Source: Eledone cirrhosa
Taxonomy: Eukaryota
Length of the DNA stretch: 64,000 bases
NCBI GenBank assembly: GCA_964016885.1
Contig: OZ024763.1
Span: forward strand, 2,542,001-2,606,000
Direction of reading: 5' to 3'
The position numbers and the translations under genes were made by a program. Positions 10,932-23,167 of this stretch are shown piece after piece. How positions within the stretch are numbered: position 1 is the stretch's first letter; every line of letters begins with the position of its first letter. The notes under the pieces are model-generated. The model ran no database searches. It had not been told where the DNA came from and saw only the letters and a list, made by a program, of their open reading frames with translations.

Positions 10932-13897
10932 TTTACAGTGAGTGCTGGGTGCTTTTTACCATGTCTCCTACACATCTACTTTACAGTGAGTGCTGGGTGC
11001 TTTTTACCATGTCTCCTACACATCTACTTTACAGTGTGGGCTGGGTGCTTTTTACCATGTCTCCTACACATCTACTTTACAGTGTGGGCTGGGTGCTTTT
11101 TACCATGTCTCCTACACATCTACTTTACAGTGAGTGCTGGGTGCTTTTTACCATGTCTCCTACACATCTACTTTACAGTGAGTGCTGGGTGCTTTTTACC
11201 ATGTCTCCTACACATCTACTTTACAGTGAGTGCTGGGTGCTTTTTACCATGTCTCCTACACATCTACTTTACAGTGTGGGCTGGGTGCTTTTTACCATGT
11301 CTCCTACACATCTACTTTACAGTGAGTGCTGGGTGCTTTTTACCATGTCTCCTACATATCTACTTTACAGTGTGGGCTGGGTGCTTTTTACCATGTCTCC
11401 TACACATCTACTTTACAGTGAGTGCTGGGTGCTTTTTACCATGTCTCCTACACATCTACTTTACAGTGAGTGCTGGGTGCTTTTTACCATGTCTCCTACA
11501 CATCTACTTTACAGTGAGTGCTGGGTGCTTTTTACCATGTCTCCTACACATCTACTTTACAGTGAGTGCTGGGTGCTTTTTACCATGTCTCCTACACATC
11601 TACTTTACAGTGAGTGCTGGGTGCTTTTTACCATGTCTCCTACACATCTACTTTACAGTGTGGGCTGGGTGCTTTTTACCATGTCTCCTACACATCTACT
11701 TTACAGTGAGTGCTGGGTGCTTTTTACCATGTCTCCTACACATCTACTTTACAGTGAGTGCTGGGTGCTTTTTACCATGTCTCCTACACATCTACTTTAC
11801 AGTGAGTGCTGGGTGCTTTTTACCATGTCTCCTACACATCTACTTTACAGTGAGTGCTGGGTGCTTTTTACCATGTCTCCTACACATCTACTTTACAGTG
11901 AGTGCTGGGTGCTTTTTACCATGTCTCCTACACATCTACTTTACAGTGAGTGCTGGGTGCTTTTTACCATGTCTCCTACACATCTACTTTACAGTGTGGG
12001 CTGGGTGCTTTTTACCATGTCTCCTACACATCTACTTTACAGTGTGGGCTGGGTGCTTTTTACCATGTCTCCTACACATCTACTTTACAGTGAGTGCTGG
12101 GTGCTTTTTACCATGTCTCCTACACATCTACTTTACAGTGTGGGCTGGGTGCTTTTTACCATGTCTCCTACACATCTACTTTACAGTGAGTGCTGGGTGC
12201 TTTTTACCATGTCTCCTACACATCTACTTTACAGTGAGTGCTGGGTGCTTTTTACCATGTCTCCTACACATCTACTTTACAGTGAGTGCTGGGTGCTTTT
12301 TACCATGTCTCCTACACATCTACTTTACAGTGAGTGCTGGGTGCTTTTTACCATGTCTCCTACACATCTACTTTACAGTGAGTGCTGGGTGCTTTTTACC
12401 ATGTCTCCTACACATCTACTTTACAGTGAGTGCTGGGTGCTTTTTACCATGTCTCCTACACATCTACTTTACAGTGTGGGCTGGGTGCTTTTTACCATGT
12501 CTCCTACACATCTACTTTACAGTGTGGGCTGGGTGCTTTTTACCATGTCTCCTACACATCTACTTTACAGTGAGTGCTGGGTGCTTTTTACCATGTCTCC
12601 TACACATCTACTTTACAGTGTGGGCTGGGTGCTTTTTACCATGTCTCCTACACATCTACTTTACAGTGAGTGCTGGGTGCTTTTTACCATGTCTCCTACA
12701 CATCTACTTTACAGTGAGTGCTGGGTGCTTTTTACCATGTCTCCTACACATCTACTTTACAGTGAGTGCTGGGTGCTTTTTACCATGTCTCCTACACATC
12801 TACTTTACAGTGAGTGCTGGGTGCTTTTTACCATGTCTCCTACACATCTACTTTACAGTGTGGGCTGGGTGCTTTTTACCATGTCTCCTACACATCTACT
12901 TTACAGTGTGGGCTGGGTGCTTTTTACCATGTCTCCTACACATCTACTTTACAGTGTGGGCTGGGTGCTTTTTACCATGTCTCCTACACATCTACTTTAC
13001 AGTGAGTGCTGGGTGCTTTTTACCATGTCTCCTACACATCTACTTTACAGTGTGGGCTGGGTGCTTTTTACCATGTCTCCTACACATCTACTTTACAGTG
13101 AGTGCTGGGTGCTTTTTACCATGTCTCCTACACATCTACTTTACAGTGAGTGCTGGGTGCTTTTTACCATGTCTCCTACACATCTACTTTACAGTGAGTG
13201 CTGGGTGCTTTTTACCATGTCTCCTACACATCTACTTTACAGTGAGTGCTGGGTGCTTTTTACCATGTCTCCTACACATCTACTTTACAGTGTGGGCTGG
13301 GTGCTTTTTACCATGTCTCCTACACATCTACTTTACAGTGTGGGCTGGGTGCTTTTTACCATGTCTCCTACACATCTACTTTACAGTGTGGGCTGGGTGC
13401 TTTTTACCATGTCTCCTACACATCTACTTTACAGTGTGGGCTGGGTGCTTTTTACCATGTCTCCTACACATCTACTTTACAGTGAGTGCTGGGTGCTTTT
13501 TACCATGTCTCCTACACATCTACTTTACAGTGTGGGCTGGGTGCTTTTTACCATGTCTCCTACACATCTACTTTACAGTGTGGGCTGGGTGCTTTTTACC
13601 ATGTCTCCTACACATCTACTTTACAGTGTGGGCTGGGTGCTTTTTACCATGTCTCCTACACATCTACTTTACAGTGTGGGCTGGGTGCTTTTTACCATGT
13701 CTCCTACACATCTACTTTACAGTGAGTGCTGGGTGCTTTTTACCATGTCTCCTACACATCTACTTTACAGTGTGGGCTGGGTGCTTTTTACCATGTCTCC
13801 TACACATCTACTTTACAGTGAGTGCTGGGTGCTTTTTACCATGTCTCCTACACATCTACTTTACAGTGAGTGCTGGGTGCTTTTTACCATGTCTCCT
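10932..13897. repeat. 48-bp minisatellite, ~62 copies, two interspersed variants
   Basis: Unit TTACAGTG(AGT/TGG)GCTGGGTGCTTTTTACCATGTCTCCTACACATCTACT. Confidence 0.97.
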
Positions 13898-14054
13898 TTT
13901 ACTATGTCTCTTGCCAAATATAAGTACAACCCAACACATTGTTATTATTATTATTATCACCATTATTATCATTATATATCTATATATATATTATTACTTC
14001 ATTATTATATATTCACACATTATTATACACACATATTTATATAGAGAGAAAATT

Positions 14055-14200
14055 TAATATAGAAATGGCTTCTACAGGACTAGAACTGTTTCATTCAAAG
14101 GAAATCATTAGGAAAGCCCTGACGATTTCTTTTGTACATACTATCTACTAATGTATTGAGTACCTTACTGACTGTGGGTACTCCCAATTGAACCCAGGAT
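14055..14200. mobile_element. Partial copy of the hammerhead/palindrome element (minus-strand core decayed to CTAATGA)
   Basis: TTCTACAGGACTAGAACTGTTTCATTC and GTATTGAGTACCTTAC shared with 5860-6055, 10428-10470 and 63041-63150. Confidence 0.7.
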
Positions 14201-14284
14201 TGATATATGTTTTAAAATAGAAGAGAGACGGTATCATGTATACATCTGTTACGCACATTTTAAAGTCATCAAAGTCGTTGTCTA

Positions 14285-14472
14285 ATAATTGTTTCTACTT
14301 TTTGCACAAGGCCAGCAATTACCCCAGTGTATTACTGGTACTTTATTTTATCGACCCTCATACAGATGAAAGGCAAAGTTAACCTCGGCGGGATTTGAAC
14401 TCAGATCATAAAGGGCCATAACTCTTTGCCACAAAACATGGCGTCCGACCCTCTACCGATACTGCAAATCCA
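14285..14472 (-). mobile_element. SINE family B
   Basis: Reverse complement of 24351-24542. Confidence 0.8.
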
Positions 14473-14506
14473 ACTTCCATTGCGATAATAATTTGATGTG
14501 TTGTCA

Positions 14507-17500
14507 TCAAACAGGTATCACCTCATCCCAAGTCATCTTGGGTCTCCCCACTCCGCGGTTTCCATCAACTTCTAGTGCTCTGCACCTTTTTATGCAGCTG
14601 TCATCCTTCATACGCATCACATGTCCATACCAGCGTAACCGCCTCTCCTGCACGCAGCATTTGATTCCTCTTATGCTCAGTCTCTCTCTCAATTCATTTA
14701 TGCTTTGTCGTTCACGTATATTACTGTTACACATCCATCGGAGCATGCAGGCTTCGTTTCTCTCTAATCTACGTAAGTCTTCCACCTTCAGCGCCCAGGT
14801 CTCACTACCATGCAACATCGCTGTTCGGATACACGCATCATACAGTCTGCCTTTCATTCTGAGGGAGAAGCCTTTTGCAGCTAGCAGTGGTAGTAGTTCC
14901 CTAAACTTCTTCCATCCCGTTCTTACCCTAGTTATTGTACTTTCTGAGCACCCACCTCCGTTGCTAATTCGGTCACCTAGGTAGCAGAAGCTGTCTACTG
15001 TTTCTACAGGGCCCTCCCAGAGATTGGTGGTACTTGTTTCCTGTGGCTGTTTGCTTGCTGTTTCAGCACAGCTGCTGCATGTGAATCCTACATTCTTAAT
15101 TAAGCTTCCTGAGATCCCGCTACATCTCTTGTGTACCCATTGTTTGCATTTGGGGCAAAGAATGGAGTTCCTACCTACACCTTTCCTACATACTGAGCAA
15201 GGCCATTTCCCTGAGGGGATCTGGGTTCTGTTTTCTCGTCTACTTATAAGGACCTTAGTCTTTGTCATGTTGACTTTGAGGCCCTTTCTCTCTAGTCCCT
15301 GCTTCCAGGTTTGGAATTTATTCTCTAGTTCTACCATAGATTCAGCTATGAGTGCGAGGTCATCAGCATACAGGAGTTCCCATGGGCATCCGGTCTTAAA
15401 CTCCTCCGTTATTGCCTGCAGGACTATGATGAACAGGAGAGGGCTAAGAACAGAGCCCTGGTGGACCCCAACCTGTACGCTAAATTCCTCGCTATACTCA
15501 TTGCCAATCCTAACTTTGCTGACTGCTCCCCTATACATGGCTTGTACCGCTTTCACAAGCCATTCATCTACTCCTAGTTTTCTAAGAGCCCACCAGATTA
15601 CTGCACGTGGAACTCTGTCAAAGGCTTTCTCAAGGTCGACAAATGCCAAGTAGAGTGGCTTACTTTTAGCTAGGTACTTTTCCTGTAATTGCCTCACAAG
15701 GAAGAGCGCATCAGTGGTGCCTTTCCCTGGAACAAACCCAAATTGCATCTCGTCTATATTCACCCGGTCCCTAATCAGCTGTGCTATAACTCTTTCTGTT
15801 ACTTTCATGACCTGGTCCATCAACTTTATACCTCTATAGTTTCCTCTATCTAGTGCATCGCCTTTACCTTTGTAGCAGTTGACAATGATGCTACTGCACC
15901 AATCTTTTGGTATGGCCCCCTCTAGTATTACCTGGTTAACGATACGTGTGGTTATAGTGTGACCTACAGACCCAGATGCCTTCAGCATCTCGGCAGCTAT
16001 ACCCGATGGACCGGTTGCCTTCCCTATCTTCATATCTCTGATTGCCTTACTTACTACGCTGCCGCTGACTTGTACTGCTGGTCCCTCTATAGGGTCTACG
16101 TGGGGTAGGGTCTCTTCTTCCCATGCATTCTCCTCATTTAGTAATCTATCATAATGACTCTTCCATGCATCTTTCTTCTCAGCACTTGTGAGGGCAAGCT
16201 CACCTTTATCATTCCGGATACACTTCTCTCCAATGACATCACAACTATCTCTGACACACTGCCTCGCAATCTTGAATACCTCCTGTTTCTGGTCCTCACG
16301 TTGTAAAACATGCTTGAATTTTCTATCCTCTGCTTCCCTCCTAGCTAAGTATACTTGTCGCCTAGCTTCCCTCTTGGTCTCTATGTAATGTACCCTGCTC
16401 CCCCCGTTCTTCCATTCTTTCCATGCCTGTCTCTTGGCCTTGACTGCTTCATCTACCTTATTGTTCCACCACCAAGTCACTCTCCTCCTGCTTGAGGTCT
16501 TACTCCAGCCACAAACCTCATCCGTCGCCTCTAGTAAGTTATTTTTTAGGAACTCCCAGTTCTCTTCTACGTTAAATGTCTCTATCTGTTCTTCTTTACT
16601 GTCGTAGGCGTTGAGTAAAATATCTTTAAATCTGTTACTGGTTGAGGGGACTTTCAGCTTCCAGATCTTTCTTCTCCAGGTTGGCCTCTGTTTCAGGGCT
16701 CGCCCAGTTCTGACCGTGAGGTCGCTGACAACTAAGCTATGTTGGGATGTACATTCCTCACTAGGGAAGGCTTTTGTGTTTACGACCGTCCATCTGTCAC
16801 GTCCTCTGATGAGAATAAAATCTAACTGACTAGAGTGCTCCCCTGATCTATAGGTGATCAGGTGGTTGTCGGGTTTTTTAAAGTTTGTGTTACATATCGA
16901 CATGTCATTGGCGTCGCAGAATTCTAGAAGTCTGAATCCTTCCTCATTCCTTGTGCCAACTCCATGGCCTCCATGTACTCTATTGAAGCCGTCGCAGTGT
17001 TTACCTACGTGTCCGTTAAAATCTCCTGCAATGATTAGGAAGTCCTTGTTGTCTGTTAGAGCAGTAGTGTGTATTAGGGACTCGTAAAACCTATCCTTAA
17101 GTTCGTCTGGCAGCCCCGATTGGGGTGCGTAAGCTGATATTATTGTGGTAATTGTCTTATTCAGGACTAGTCTGAGTTTAATGATTCTTGCATTTACCCT
17201 GTACACTGAGATTACTTTATCTACCCACTTGTCAGCTAATAGTATACCTACACCACCCATCCCATCGTCATTTCCCACCCAGAAAAATTTGTAGCACTGG
17301 CTTTTTCCTACAAGGACTCTAGCAGACCCTCCTCTCCATCTAGTCTCTTGCACACAGCATACATCAACTTCCTTTCGCTCTAGCATTTCTACGATTTCTC
17401 CTGCTCTTCCTTTCATTGAGCCTACATTGATGGTACCAACTCGGAGTTTTGGGCATTTGTCGACACTCGTAGGGGAGGGTCTCTGGGTTGGCGCTTCACG

Positions 17501-17527
17501 TGGGTGCTTGGTAGCTCGCAGATTCAT
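14507..17527 (-). CDS. RTE-clade non-LTR retrotransposon polyprotein: APE endonuclease + reverse transcriptase + PHD-like finger; last ~35 aa lost
   Basis: 1006-aa uninterrupted ORF; APE motifs VQETRW, AYAPQ, GDFNGHVG, SQLDFIL, SQH; RT motifs YRGIKL, QFGF, FVDLEKAFD, GVHQGSVLSPLLF, YADD; RTE C-terminal RRLRWYGHVMRM and GRPKMTW. Confidence 0.96.
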   Translation of the reverse strand: MNLRATKHPREAPTQRPSPTSVDKCPKLRVGTINVGSMKGRAGEIVEMLERKEVDVCCVQETRWRGGSARVLVGKSQCYKFFWVGNDDGMGGVGILLADKWVDKVISVYRVNARIIKLRLVLNKTITTIISAYAPQSGLPDELKDRFYESLIHTTALTDNKDFLIIAGDFNGHVGKHCDGFNRVHGGHGVGTRNEEGFRLLEFCDANDMSICNTNFKKPDNHLITYRSGEHSSQLDFILIRGRDRWTVVNTKAFPSEECTSQHSLVVSDLTVRTGRALKQRPTWRRKIWKLKVPSTSNRFKDILLNAYDSKEEQIETFNVEENWEFLKNNLLEATDEVCGWSKTSSRRRVTWWWNNKVDEAVKAKRQAWKEWKNGGSRVHYIETKREARRQVYLARREAEDRKFKHVLQREDQKQEVFKIARQCVRDSCDVIGEKCIRNDKGELALTSAEKKDAWKSHYDRLLNEENAWEEETLPHVDPIEGPAVQVSGSVVSKAIRDMKIGKATGPSGIAAEMLKASGSVGHTITTRIVNQVILEGAIPKDWCSSIIVNCYKGKGDALDRGNYRGIKLMDQVMKVTERVIAQLIRDRVNIDEMQFGFVPGKGTTDALFLVRQLQEKYLAKSKPLYLAFVDLEKAFDRVPRAVIWWALRKLGVDEWLVKAVQAMYRGAVSKVRIGNEYSEEFSVQVGVHQGSVLSPLLFIIVLQAITEEFKTGCPWELLYADDLALIAESMVELENKFQTWKQGLERKGLKVNMTKTKVLISRRENRTQIPSGKWPCSVCRKGVGRNSILCPKCKQWVHKRCSGISGSLIKNVGFTCSSCAETASKQPQETSTTNLWEGPVETVDSFCYLGDRISNGGGCSESTITRVRTGWKKFRELLPLLAAKGFSLRMKGRLYDACIRTAMLHGSETWALKVEDLRRLERNEACMLRWMCNSNIRERQSINELRERLSIRGIKCCVQERRLRWYGHVMRMKDDSCIKRCRALEVDGNRGVGRPKMTWDEVIPV

Positions 17528-19640
17528 ATTTCATCTATTGATTCAGAGTTGCTCGTGTATTCCCAGCTCATCCATCCCTAACGGTGGGAAAATTGAGGGC
17601 TAGAAGGACAGTGGTGGTGGGGTAATGGCAGGGTGTGTTGGGATGCGCCAGAGGAGGAGAGAGTTAGTTAGGCAGGTAGTAGCAGCAGCAGCAGTGGAAA
17701 TGGCATGCTAGGTTTGATTGGTCGAATAGGCTATGGTGGTGTGTGGGGGTGGGGGGAGGGAAATTGTGAGGTAGGAACTGAGGGTCGCATGGTAAATATC
17801 CAAGTTAATACTACATCAGTAAAATTAACAATAATAACGTCATGAAAAAAGCTACTAAGAGAAACCCTCGAAAATTTATCGCTAATACAGCAGGGAAAAT
17901 TTAACGCTAATACAGCAGGGAACATCATATTAACGACATGAAAAAGCTACTAAGAGAAACCCTCGAAAATTTATCGCTAATACAGCAGGGAAAATTTAAC
18001 GCTAATACAGCAGGGAACATCATAATATTAACGACATGAAAAAGCTACTAAGAGAAACCCTCGAAAATTTATCGCTAATACAGCAGGGAAAATTTAACGC
18101 TAATACAGCAGGGAACATCATATTAACGACATGAAAAAGCTACTAAGAGAAACCCTCGAAAATTTATCGCTAATACAGCAGGGAAAATTTAACGCTAATA
18201 CAGCAGGGAACATCATAATATTAACGACATGAAAAAGCTACTAAGAGAAACCCTCGAAAATTTATCGCTAATACAGCAGGGAAAATTTAACGCTAATACA
18301 GCAGGGAACATCATAATATTAACGACATGAAAAAGCTACTAAGAGAAACCCTCGAAAATTTATCGCTAATACAGCAGGGAAAATTTAACGCTAATACAGC
18401 AGGGAACATCATAATATTAACGACAATATGTAGGCTAAAATACCTTCGTAGATTAGGTGGATGGCTGGCTGGGAAAATTGAATCAGCTCTAGTGGTACAT
18501 TTTAGCAGAGAAGAATGGCAAAGTGTCTTATCTCTTCAATATTTTCAGATTGAATGAATTAGGTTAAAGACAGGGTAGTAAGCCTTAAAGAAGTGCATAG
18601 AGGGGGGGGGTAGGAACTGAGGGTCACATGGTAAATAACTGAGAGAGATACAATAGGATTAGAATACCGCATGGTAAATATCCAAGTTAATAAGTTAATA
18701 CTACATCAGTAAAATTAACAATAATAACGTCATGAAAAAAGCTACTAAGAGAAACCCTCGAAGATTTATCGCTAATACAGCAGGGAAAATTTAACGCTAA
18801 TACAGCAGGGAACATCATATTAACGACATGAAAAAGCTACTAAGAGAAACCCTCGAAAATTTATCGCTAATACAGCAGGGAAAATTTAACGCTAATACAG
18901 CAGGGAACATCATAATATTAACGACATGAAAAAGCTACTAAGAGAAACCCTCGAAAATTTATCGCTAATACAGCAGGGAAAATTTAACGCTAATACAGCA
19001 GGGAACATCATAATATTAACGACATGAAAAAGCTACTAAGAGAAACCCTCGAAAATTTATCGCTAATACAGCAGGGAAAATTTAACGCTAATACAGCAGG
19101 GAACATCATAATATTAACGACATGAAAAAGCTACTAAGAGAAACCCTCGAAAATTTATCGCTAATACAGCAGGGAAAATTTAACGCTAATACAGCAGGGA
19201 ACATCATAATATTAACGACAATATGTAGGCTAAAATACCTTCGTAGATTAGGTGGATGGCTGGCTGGGAAAATTGAATCAGCTCTAGTGGTACATTTTAG
19301 CAGAGAAGAATGGCAAAGTGTCTTATCTCTTCAATATTTTCAGATTGAATGAATTAGGTTAAAGACAGGGTAGTAAGCCTTAAAGAAGTGCATAGAGGGG
19401 GGGGGTAGGAACTGAGGGTCACATGGTAAATAACTGAGAGAGATACAATAGGATTAGAATACCGCATGGTAAATATCCAAGTTAATAAGTTAATACTACA
19501 TCAGTAAAATTAACAATAATAACGTCATGAAAAAAGCTACTAAGAGAAACCCTCGAAAATTTATCGCTAATACAGCAGGGAAAATTTAACGCTAATACAG
19601 CAGGGAACATCATATTAACGACATGAAAAAGCTACTAAGA

Positions 19641-19642
<2 letters not shown>
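14516..19642 (-). mobile_element. Young RTE LINE with long repeat-containing upstream region, 3' tail deleted
   Basis: ORF contiguous with the upstream repeat region, which ends at (TA)n at 19643; no TSD seen; whether the array belongs to the element is inferred. Confidence 0.75.
17770..19642. repeat. Nested tandem array: 95-98-bp monomers (6 + 5 + 1.2) separated by two identical ~305-bp spacers
   Basis: Monomer starts 17841, 17937, 18035, 18130, 18228, 18326; 18731, 18827, 18925, 19023, 19121; 19526, 19622; higher-order period 795 bp. Confidence 0.95.
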
Positions 19643-19682
<40 letters not shown>

Positions 19683-19744
19683 AAATATATATATGTGTAA
19701 ATATGGGTTTTTAAAATCCAATGCCAATAAATACACCGGGATTT

Positions 19745-19805
19745 TTTCATTCTGATGATTGAAAACAAAATTTGTTTGCTTTTAAGAAACCACTGGTAAA
19801 TGAAA
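19745..19805 (+). ncRNA. Type I hammerhead ribozyme motif
   Basis: TTTCATT-CTGATGA-TTGAAA...TTTTAA-GAAA-CC ACT GG-TA-AATGAAA; 7-bp stem I. Confidence 0.7.
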
Positions 19806-19850
19806 TAATTGCCTTATGTTGTTTATTACATAACTATATATATATATATA

Positions 19851-20052
19851 TAGGAACGAGTAGGACCCCGACGGCTGAGCTCAAGCCGTTTCGATGGCTA
19901 ATTCTGGACTAAAACGTCCAGAATTAGCCGTCGAAACGGCTTGAGCTCTGCCATCGGGGTCCTACTCGTTCCTATTACCCACTCTACTACCCTAAGTATT
20001 GAGTACTTTGGTGCGTTATGGTCCACGTGGTTCCTTACCACATTTCCTTCGT
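19851..20052. mobile_element. Hairpin-ended short repeat inserted in (TA)n
   Basis: Near-perfect stem of more than 55 bp at 19851-19974 followed by a body shared with 4843-4920. Confidence 0.8.
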
Positions 20053-20579
20053 TATATATATATAAAATACATGAGAAGAAAGCAGAATACTGCGTGGTTT
20101 GCACATGGGTTACATATGATAAAAATAGTCCTTCGTCAGTGATTTTCCAACCATCATTGGTATTTCATCGCATTCAAAATCAGATACCTCAGGTTGGTGC
20201 GAATATTCTTCGCCAGCGAACGTTTCCACGAACCAAAGTATCGTCTTCCTGTCTTCCTCCGGTTGCAACGTTTTTTGAAATATCCAGTTCTGCGTTTACA
20301 GATTGACTTTGTTAGTTTCAGAAGATCCCGTTAAGGGTGAAAGCAGCGATTCTTTGCTTAAACTTTAATCTGTTATTTTAATAAATATTTGCTCTACGGT
20401 TCTTATATATTTGATATATATTTATCCTTATTGAGCCCTCTTTGGATTTTAGTCTTCAAATTTATTATTATTACTATATATATATATAGGAACGATCGAC
20501 TTTCGTCAAATCGGACCGAGGGAACAATGTTTCCGTTGGTCTTTCCAATTGCTAATACTATCTATCGGTCGCAGCTCCA

Positions 20580-20704
20580 GGTAGAAGGAGCAACGTGAAA
20601 TAAAGTGTCTTGCTCAAGGACATAACGCATCGCCTGGTCCAGGAATCGAACTCACAACCTTACGATTGCGAATCCAATTCTCTAACCACTCAGCCACACG
20701 CCTT

Positions 20705-20708
<4 letters not shown>
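20580..20708 (-). mobile_element. tRNA-SINE head (family A relative)
   Basis: Minus-strand TGGCTGAGTGG A box, GAGTTCGATTCC B box and TCCTTGAGCAAGACACTT core. Confidence 0.75.
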
Positions 20709-20748
<40 letters not shown>

Positions 20749-20765
20749 TACATATATATATATAT

Positions 20766-20796
<31 letters not shown>

Positions 20797-21061
20797 CAGA
20801 GAGAGAGAGAGTGAGAGCTCGTAGCTTTTATTTTCATTTTGACAGATAATTTAGTTATTGTTGTTAGCAATAATTGGTAGAGCGTCGGACATGGTTTGCT
20901 GCATAGAATTTGGTCCAATTGTTAATCTTGTGCCTAAACCATTATTATTATTGTTGTAAGTATTATTACTGTTGTTGTTGTTGTTGTTGTTGTCTGCTCC
21001 ATTTGCCCTCACAGTTACAATAATACATTTGGTATAATTGGTTCTACATAACACAGATAGT

Positions 21062-22000
21062 GAGATCCCACCACCACCACCTAAGAGCCTAGCACCACCT
21101 ACACCACCACCACCACCATCTAAGATCTCTACACCACCACCACCACCATCTAAGATCCCTACACCACCACCACCACCATCTAACATCTCTACACCATCTA
21201 AGATCCCTACACACCACCACCACCACCATCTAAGATCCCTACACCACCACCACCACCACCTAAGATCCCTACACCACCACCACCACCATCTAACATCTCT
21301 ACACCATCTAAGATCCCTACACACCACCACCACCACCATCTAAGATCCCTACACCACCACCACCACCACCTAAGATCCCTACACCACCACCACCACCACC
21401 ATCTAACATCTCTACACCATCTAAGATCCCTACACACCACCACCACCACCACCATCTAAGATCCCTACACCACCACCACCACCATCTAAGATCCCTACAC
21501 ACCACCACCACCACCACCATCTAAGATCCCTACACCACCACCACCACCATCTAAGATCCCAACACCACCACCATCTAAGATCCCAACACCACCACCATCT
21601 AAGATCCCAACACCACCACCATCTAAGATCCCTACACCACCACCACCACCATCTAACATCTCTACACCACCACCATCTAAGATCCCCACACCACCACCAT
21701 CTAACATCTCTACACCACCACCATCTAAGATCCCTACACACCACCACCATCTAAGATCCCCACACCACCACCATCTAAGATCCCTACACCACCACCATCT
21801 AAGATCCCCACACCACCACCATCTAAGATCCCTACACACGACCACCATCTAAGATCCCCACACCACCACCATCTAAGATCCCTACACCACCACCACCACC
21901 ATCTAAGATCCCTACACCACCACCACCATCTAAGATCCCTACACCACCACCATCTAAGATCCCTACACCTACACCACCACCACCACCACCACCACCTAAG
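21062..22000. repeat. Minisatellite TCTAAGATCCCTA + variable (CAC)n
   Basis: More than 30 units with variable CAC tracts. Confidence 0.92.
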
Positions 22001-22362
22001 ATCCTTACATTCTGCCACCACCACTTATGACCCTACCACCACCACCACCACTGAAGATCCTTACACCCTGCCACCATCAGTTATGACCCCTACACCACCA
22101 CCACCCCAGATCCCTACACCCCCACCACCACCACCTCTATCCAACCTCCATGTGTTTTTAACAAAGAATACCTACAACAACTACCCTCCCTTCCCTCCCT
22201 CCCTCCCCTTCCTTCCTCATTCTCATGTTTGTTGTTGTTGTTTAATGTCAGTCAGTCCTTCAGTTCAGCTTTTAACTCTCTCTCCCTCTCTCTCTAGCTC
22301 TCTCTCTCTCTCTCTCTCTCCCTATCTATCTATCTAACTATCCCTCTATCTCTATCTATTGC

Positions 22363-22461
<99 letters not shown>

Positions 22462-22850
22462 ATCTATCTAACTATCCCTCTATCTCTATCTATTGCTCTG
22501 TCTGTCTCTCTCTCTCTATCTATCTATCTCTTTTTTCTCATCTCTTTTCTCTTACTCCACCCCCTCTCTCTAACTTAATCCAATCCCTCCCACCTTTTGT
22601 CCCCCCCATCTCTCTCTCTCTCTGTCTGCCCCCCTCTCTCTATGTCCCCCTCCCCCTCCCCCCTATATATCTGTCCCCCCTCACTCCCCCCCCCTCTCTC
22701 CCCTCTCTCTCTCTCTATATATATATAGAAAGAGAGAGAGAGAGGGGAGAGAACCATTTGAACTATTATAACTCTGGACAGTCTATAGAGCTTTTTTTAT
22801 TGAGAAGCACAAATATCAAACATATTTGATGTTTTGATATCTCACATTTG

Positions 22851-23167
<317 letters not shown>

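Noticed and set aside
10775-13897. Displaced 3' tail of the 14.5-17.5 kb LINE
   Set aside because: Same orientation, but clearly diverged from the cognate tail at 25125-25279, so probably a different subfamily
10908-14057. 1049-aa and 1031-aa ORFs
   Set aside because: Stop-free frames of a 48-bp minisatellite antisense to a LINE tail; no coding signature
18327-18557. 76-aa ORF duplicated at 19122-19352
   Set aside because: Arises from the repeat monomer/spacer junction, antisense to the LINE; no recognisable domain
17841-19642. CRISPR array next to a reverse transcriptase
   Set aside because: Monomers abut without unique spacers, and the two long spacers are identical
21062-22000. CRISPR-like constant repeat with variable spacers
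   Set aside because: Spacers are only (CAC)n of varying length; eukaryotic context and no cas genes
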